Source: Balneolaceae bacterium (GTDB taxonomy: Bacteria > Bacteroidota > Rhodothermia > Balneolales > Balneolaceae). Taken from it: DNA of 10,621 nt. The notes below the pieces were generated by a model. It saw nothing but the letters and a program-made list of their open reading frames with translations. It had not been told where the DNA came from and searched no databases. Shown here one piece after another: positions 7,144 through 10,621 of the stretch. The stretch lies in contig JBBDLQ010000196.1 of NCBI GenBank assembly GCA_040878765.1, forward strand, positions 32,862 through 43,482, given 5' to 3'. Made by a program: the position numbers and the translations under genes. Position 1 is the first letter of the stretch; the number at the start of each line of letters is the position of its first letter.

Positions 7144-8041
7144 TAGTAGTTTGATTCAACGAAACCGTGTCGCTTACTGCAGCTTTTGTTTCATTGGTGA
7201 TGTTATAAATTTTAATTTCGTTATTAGCCTGACTCTGAAGATAAAGATTCTTAACATATGTATTAAAGGCTCTTCGGCGTTTTTCCAATATCAACCATTC
7301 CTCAATTTGATCGATCAGCCAATCTAAATCCGGATGATCTCCTTCAGGTCTTTCATCTATTAACTGAACAAAGTGGTATTCATTGCCCGTTCGGTATGTA
7401 GGCGAAATTTCAGAAGGGCCAATGATCTTCAGATATCTGTTCAACATTGAAATATCACCACCCGCAATAGAAATAGGCCAAAAGCGCTCTGATTCACGAA
7501 TTTTTAATTCAGGATATTTTGAATATTCAATGGCAACGGTTTCCCATTCAATACCACGCATTAAATCTCGTTTGGCATTTTCAGCATCACGGTTACTTTC
7601 GGCAATTAAATGACGATAGCGGACATAGCGTTCATTTAGTGTGAACTGATCTTTATTTTGTTGATAATAATTTCTGGCTTCTTGTTCAGTAACTGCAATT
7701 TCACCCTCAAATTCATTAATTATATAATCCTGTACAGCCTGGATAATGTATTCTTCCCGGATGCGCATTAACTTTTTCTCAACTCCAGGGCGTCGGGTGA
7801 AATTCAGCCTATTTGCTTCCTGCAAAATTATTTGCTTCCGAACCCACTCATCTCTGTATTTTTGATAAGCCATTACACTATCATCCTGAAATATATTAGT
7901 AGGAATTTCAGCTTTTGCTTCCTCTAAAGTAAGTTTTTGATTCCCAACCTCGGCTAAAATTACCGGGTCTTTACCTGCCTCAGGAGTACAGGAAGTAATC
8001 AGCATTACCACAATAAATATGGAGAAACTGAATGGCTTCAT
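7130..8041 (-). CDS. Lipoprotein with a SurA_N-like region and a divergent parvulin (PpiC-type) domain (303 aa); a putative periplasmic chaperone.
   Basis: The signal peptide and lipobox read MKPFSFSIFIVVMLITSC (Cys18). VILAEVGNQKLTLEEAK resembles the SurA_N/PpiD N-terminal pattern. The parvulin-like segment runs YRHLIAES...ISIAGGDISMLNRYL...GNEYHFVQLIDER. The gene overlaps the surA start by 14 nt. Confidence 0.72.
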   Translation of the reverse strand: MKPFSFSIFIVVMLITSCTPEAGKDPVILAEVGNQKLTLEEAKAEIPTNIFQDDSVMAYQKYRDEWVRKQIILQEANRLNFTRRPGVEKKLMRIREEYIIQAVQDYIINEFEGEIAVTEQEARNYYQQNKDQFTLNERYVRYRHLIAESNRDAENAKRDLMRGIEWETVAIEYSKYPELKIRESERFWPISIAGGDISMLNRYLKIIGPSEISPTYRTGNEYHFVQLIDERPEGDHPDLDWLIDQIEEWLILEKRRRAFNTYVKNLYLQSQANNEIKIYNITNETKAAVSDTVSLNQTTNENH

Positions 8042-8048
8042 ATACAGG

Positions 8049-9989
8049 TCACGAGTCTTTTTGATAAGCTTTTCTTAGTTTTTTAAAGTCTGCTTTTATA
8101 TTGTATTTGTTATTGAGCTCTTCAATCCATTCTTGTTCTCGCTGGGGTTGAAAAACCGACATTAAGCGATTAAAAGCTTCCTCAAAGTTCATTTTGCGTG
8201 CCGGAAGCCGGTCTTCTAACCAAAAAACGGCCTTTAAATTATTGTAATCAAACTTCTCAGAAAAAGTATGAATCTCCATATCCCGGAGCATATCAAATGG
8301 TTCCTGAGTTAATGAAATAGTTGAATCGGAAATAACACCAAGGCGCTCAATATTTTTACGAAGGCTGTCAGGTGATCCGCCTTCATTTATAAATGTTATG
8401 GCTTTATTTAATGTAGAATCGTGCCGGGCGGTTAACATATAATAAAAAGGTCGTTCAGGATACTGGTATTCTTCCTCATTATTTTCATATATAGAAAGTA
8501 AACGAGTAGAATCTACGGTAGCTGAACTCCAAATATTATCTTCATTTAAGTTATATATCACCAGGCCATCGAGGTAGCTTTGTGATTGCTTTTTAAATTT
8601 CGGGTAATGCTCAATGGTCAGATCAATTAAATTAGATTCTAAAATATTTTTTGTGAAATTATTAAACCATACAGCCAGATAATTTTTAGCGGCACGTTCA
8701 CCAAATTCATTTTTCAAATAGTTATGGTAATCGGAAATTGAAAATTCCTCTTCGTTAAATTCATAAACTATTTTTTTTGAGAGGGCAGTGGGATCAGGAA
8801 GCTCTGATATTTCTGTTGTATCAAATTCAGTCACCCAGTTTTTGTACTCATCAAGCGTTGCTTTATTCTCCTTGCCGTTAAATTTTTCCTCAAGGTAATT
8901 GGTAATAAATTTATTGTTTTCTGCATAATATGGGGTTTCTTTCAGTTCTTTTAGCAGAGTTTCATTCCGTTTTTCTTCTGATTCAAATACTTCAACGGAA
9001 TCAATTTTAAAGATGTGGTACCCATAATTTGTTTTAACTGGCTCTGAATAGGGAAGATCAGGTTCTATTTTCATTACCGCATCTACAAATTCCATGGCAA
9101 AATTACCTTTATAGCTTACCCAGCCAATATTACCGCCGTTTCGCACAGAGGCTCCATCTTCACTGAAACGTTTAAGGACCTCATTCCAGTTTTTACCATC
9201 TTCAAGTTCATCGTAAGCTTCGTAAATTTTATCATAGGAAGTAGAATCGCCGGTACCGCGAACAAAAATATGATTGGTAAGCCGGGCGGGAGTTCTTTCT
9301 CGTTTATCCTGTAAAAGCACAATATGATATCCAAACTGTGTGCGGAATGGTTCTGAGATTTCTCCAACTTCAAGCTCATATATTGCATCCTCAAACTCCT
9401 TTACGGTTCGTCCGGCTGAGAGCCATGGAATGTCACCACCCATGCTTCGTCCACTTCTAACTGTTGAATATTTTTGGTTTACCTCATCTAACGGAGTACC
9501 ATTTTCAATTTCCGCTTTAGCTTCGTTTAACTTGGCAATTGCCTCATTAATTTCATGCTGATTGGTATTTGAGCCAACGGCTATTAAAATATGATATGTT
9601 TTTAACTCATACCCTGAGCGGTATTTAAATTCTTCCAGGGCTGAGGGTTTTATTTCCTTTTCAAGCCAATAGGCGTACGCTGCCTGTAAAGCATAAGACT
9701 TATGTTCCTCTATAAGTACAGAATCCTGATAATATCCTTGCTCTTTTGCGGCCATAAGTTTGGCTTTATAATTCAGATAAATTGGAAGAAAACTTTCCAG
9801 GTCTTCCAGGCTCATATCTGAATCAGCACCTGAGCTGTAATTCTGTTTAAGTTCACTATAGGTGATTTTTTGATCACCAACAGTGCCCACAACTGTTCTG
9901 TCGTTTTTGGACTGAGCTAATAAAAGTGCGGGTATAAATAAGAAAAGAAATAAACTATTGAAGAATCTTAAACTGATTTCGTTTGCCAT
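8049..9989 (-). CDS. Large PpiC/parvulin-type peptidyl-prolyl isomerase (646 aa). It has a signal/anchor sequence, a SurA_N-like region, two canonical parvulin domains and a long C-terminal region.
   Basis: The signal peptide is MANEISLRFFNSLFLFLFIPALLLAQ. Parvulin 1 (about 9306..9608) runs TYHILIAV...SMGGDIPWLSAGRTVKEFEDAI...TQFGYHIVLL. Parvulin 2 (about 8997..9281) runs TNHIFV...RNGGNIGWVSYKGNFAMEFVDAV...TNYGYHIFKI. Both conserved His residues are present in both domains. Confidence 0.86.
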   Translation of the reverse strand: MANEISLRFFNSLFLFLFIPALLLAQSKNDRTVVGTVGDQKITYSELKQNYSSGADSDMSLEDLESFLPIYLNYKAKLMAAKEQGYYQDSVLIEEHKSYALQAAYAYWLEKEIKPSALEEFKYRSGYELKTYHILIAVGSNTNQHEINEAIAKLNEAKAEIENGTPLDEVNQKYSTVRSGRSMGGDIPWLSAGRTVKEFEDAIYELEVGEISEPFRTQFGYHIVLLQDKRERTPARLTNHIFVRGTGDSTSYDKIYEAYDELEDGKNWNEVLKRFSEDGASVRNGGNIGWVSYKGNFAMEFVDAVMKIEPDLPYSEPVKTNYGYHIFKIDSVEVFESEEKRNETLLKELKETPYYAENNKFITNYLEEKFNGKENKATLDEYKNWVTEFDTTEISELPDPTALSKKIVYEFNEEEFSISDYHNYLKNEFGERAAKNYLAVWFNNFTKNILESNLIDLTIEHYPKFKKQSQSYLDGLVIYNLNEDNIWSSATVDSTRLLSIYENNEEEYQYPERPFYYMLTARHDSTLNKAITFINEGGSPDSLRKNIERLGVISDSTISLTQEPFDMLRDMEIHTFSEKFDYNNLKAVFWLEDRLPARKMNFEEAFNRLMSVFQPQREQEWIEELNNKYNIKADFKKLRKAYQKDS

Positions 9990-10030
9990 TGAGAAAATTA
10001 TTTTAGTTTTCTTGATGATTAAAATTATTA

Positions 10031-10621
10031 TTAAAAGAGCATACCGGCAAAAGTTGCGGTCATTAAGTTAGCCAAAGTTCCGGCAAAAACAGCCTTAATT
10101 CCAAATTTAGCCAGTTCCGATTTTCTGCTGGGTGCTAATCCGCCAATTCCACCAATTTGTATAGCAATGGAGGAGAAGTTTGCAAAACCGCACAACGCAA
10201 AAGTAGCCATTGCTATTGTTTTTGGAGATATATTTGCTGCACTTACTTCCTCGGCTAATTTCAGGTATGCTACAAACTCATTCAAGACAATTTTAGTACC
10301 TAATAATGAACCCATATTAACAGCATCTGCCCAGGGGACACCAATTAGCCAGGCAAGTGGAGCGAAAAGCCATCCCAATATCATTTCGATTGTAAGGCTT
10401 TCTCCCAACAAAGAAGTTATTCCTGTTAAATCACTACCCCAGCCTAATATACCATTAAACATAGCGAGTAATGCTATGAATGCCAATAACATAGCGCCTA
10501 CATTTAAAGCTAATTTTAAACCAACTGCGGCCCCGGTTGCGGCAGCATCTATACCATTGGCATCGGTTTTTTCAACCTTCATTTTAACTTCGCCTTTGGT
10601 AACAGGTTCGCCATCTTCCGG
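10031..10621 (-). CDS. nupC: NupC/CNT-family nucleoside:cation symporter, C-terminal portion. The gene is partial and continues beyond the right edge of the window.
   Basis: The frame stays open upstream of the Met at 10582, through [13 protein letters not shown] to base 10621. The C-terminal signature [25 protein letters not shown]...[15 protein letters not shown] closely resembles the conserved NupC C-terminal domain ([11 protein letters not shown] in E. coli NupC, from memory). Confidence 0.88.
   Translation of the reverse strand, partial: PEDGEPVTKGEVKMKVEKTDANGIDAAATGAAVGLKLALNVGAMLLAFIALLAMFNGILGWGSDLTGITSLLGESLTIEMILGWLFAPLAWLIGVPWADAVNMGSLLGTKIVLNEFVAYLKLAEEVSAANISPKTIAMATFALCGFANFSSIAIQIGGIGGLAPSRKSELAKFGIKAVFAGTLANLMTATFAGMLF

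Noticed and set aside
7127-7613. Plus-strand ORFs 7127..7327 and 7383..7613 are antisense to the 303-aa lipoprotein gene.
   Set aside because: These are shadow ORFs with no motifs, and the opposite strand has a coherent signal peptide, lipobox and parvulin-like architecture.
9116-9561. ORFs 9116..9394(-) and 9340..9561(+) lie inside the 646-aa PPIase gene.
   Set aside because: They are out of frame or antisense to the region encoding two canonical parvulin domains, so they are not credible as independent genes.
10102-10109. TAAATTTG on the minus strand matches the -7 box TAnnTTTG inside the nupC 3' end, about 113 nt upstream of the 646-aa PPIase start. It could be an internal promoter.
   Set aside because: There is no TTTG -33 element at the required 19-21 nt spacing. 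The 8-mer with two free positions is expected several times by chance in 10 kb of AT-rich DNA.
1-10621. I looked for defence-island or mobile-element hallmarks: integrase/transposase, terminal inverted repeats, CRISPR repeats, toxin-antitoxin-sized gene pairs, nucleases or abrupt compositional shifts.
   Set aside because: None was seen. All large ORFs have housekeeping or envelope assignments and the composition looks uniform by eye. A MoxR-VWA conflict-system interpretation is not supported, because no effector, VMAP-type or nuclease partners are present.

Overview
AT-rich window that looks like bacterial chromosome from a Bacteroidota / Rhodothermota-Balneolota-like organism. That placement is an inference from three things: a PF13568-type beta-barrel OMP, a BatA-type N-terminal double anchor, and a TTTG-N19-TAnnTTTG promoter with mostly Shine-Dalgarno-poor starts. 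Coding density is high and nearly every product is envelope-related. Nine intact or partial CDSs are supported. On the minus strand these are a small beta-barrel OMP, a family-4 uracil-DNA glycosylase, and a tightly packed co-directional run. That run is the nupC 3' end, a 646-aa double-parvulin PPIase, a 303-aa SurA_N/parvulin-like lipoprotein, a 464-aa SurA-like chaperone, a MoxR AAA+ ATPase and a 698-aa three-anchor VWA/MIDAS membrane protein. On the plus strand there is one signal-peptide-bearing SixA-like histidine phosphatase. I see no tRNA/rRNA, CRISPR array, transposase/integrase, long repeats or recognisable defence genes, so this reads as a conserved housekeeping region rather than an accessory island. 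The best candidate for an under-described system is the MoxR + VWA pair, which has no DUF58 partner and whose VWA protein appears to face the periplasm. It is translationally welded to three periplasmic SurA/PpiD-type chaperones. Secondary oddities are a family-4 UDG that appears to have lost its Fe-S cysteine ligands and carries an ~100-aa N-terminal extension, and an exported SixA-like phosphatase. All homology calls come from motif reading by eye; no searches were run.
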